From: Wolbachia endosymbiont of Litomosoides sigmodontis
GTDB taxonomy: Bacteria; Pseudomonadota; Alphaproteobacteria; Rickettsiales; Anaplasmataceae
Length of the DNA: 32,000 bases
Reading direction: 5' to 3'
Assembly (NCBI RefSeq): GCF_013365435.1
Contig: NZ_CP046577.1
Coordinates: 150,001-182,000, forward strand
Positions within the stretch are counted from its first letter, which is position 1. Each line of letters begins with the position of its first letter. The translations under genes and the position numbers were made by a program. This document shows positions 31,522-32,000 of this stretch, piece by piece. The notes under the pieces were generated by a model. The model did no database searches and was not told the origin of the DNA. It saw nothing but the letters and a program-made list of their open reading frames with translations.

Positions 31522-32000
31522 ATGATTTTTGCTTTCCCTGGCCAGGGTTCCCAATTTGTAGGAATGGGAAGAGACTTGTATAGTCAATTTGCCATTGCAA
31601 GACAAGTATTTGATGAAGTAGATAGCATACTAGGTAGGAAGTTATCTCATTTGATTTTCAATGGTCCTATCGAAGAGCTAACCATTACAGAAAATGCTCA
31701 GCCAGCTATAACGGCAGTGTCAATTGCAACGCTACGTGTTATGGAGCATATGTTAGGTAAATCTCTTTTTTCTAATTACGGTGTTAGATATATTTGTGGA
31801 CATTCAGTTGGTGAATATACAGCACTATGTGCCGCAGGAGCATTGACACTCGAGTCTACAGTTAAGTTACTGAAAACTCGTAGCGAAGCAATGCGTCAAG
31901 CTTCTTTAAGATGTAGAGGTGGAATGGTTGCGTTGCTTGGTGCAAAGATAAGCGAAGTGGAAAATATATTAGAATCAGCTCAAATTGATGGAATTTATGA
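31522..32000 (+). CDS. fabD: Malonyl-CoA:ACP transacylase, 5' partial; it runs off the window end and so is absent from the ORF track
   Basis: The ATG is at 31522. My translation is MIFAFPGQGSQFVGMGRDLY...NAQPAITAVSIA...ICGHSVGEYTALCAAGAL, with the FPGQGSQ motif and the GHSxG active-site motif. Confidence 0.88.
   Translation, partial: MIFAFPGQGSQFVGMGRDLYSQFAIARQVFDEVDSILGRKLSHLIFNGPIEELTITENAQPAITAVSIATLRVMEHMLGKSLFSNYGVRYICGHSVGEYTALCAAGALTLESTVKLLKTRSEAMRQASLRCRGGMVALLGAKISEVENILESAQIDGIY

Overview
This is an AT-rich, gene-sparse chromosomal segment. Its gene content and protein sequences look Rickettsiales/Anaplasmataceae, most like a Wolbachia-type endosymbiont; that is inferred from protein flavour and repeat types, since no database search was possible. 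I call 12 housekeeping CDS (icd, nth, miaB, ileS, alaS, rsmA, gpmI, a CDF metal exporter, pyrB, nadK, rpmE and a 5' partial fabD). There are also 3 tRNAs (Thr-TGT, Asn-GTT, Val-GAC) and 2 lineage-type orphan membrane proteins of 883 aa and 424 aa. By my coordinates only about 60% of the window is intact coding sequence. About 6 kb (roughly 19%) consists of eight copies or fragments of one decayed IS630/Tc1-mariner-type insertion sequence, sitting at five boundaries between housekeeping blocks. Three of those loci hold abutting or nested copies. One locus is a ~99% identical 902-bp inverted duplication around a 553-bp spacer. Other points worth a second look are the two orphan proteins as possible host-interface proteins and short palindromic-repeat-like segments lying in frame inside ileS. 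Two ORF-free stretches (about 2.3 kb and 0.8 kb) look like eroded genes. I found no CRISPR array, rRNA, prophage module or recognisable defence or toxin system.
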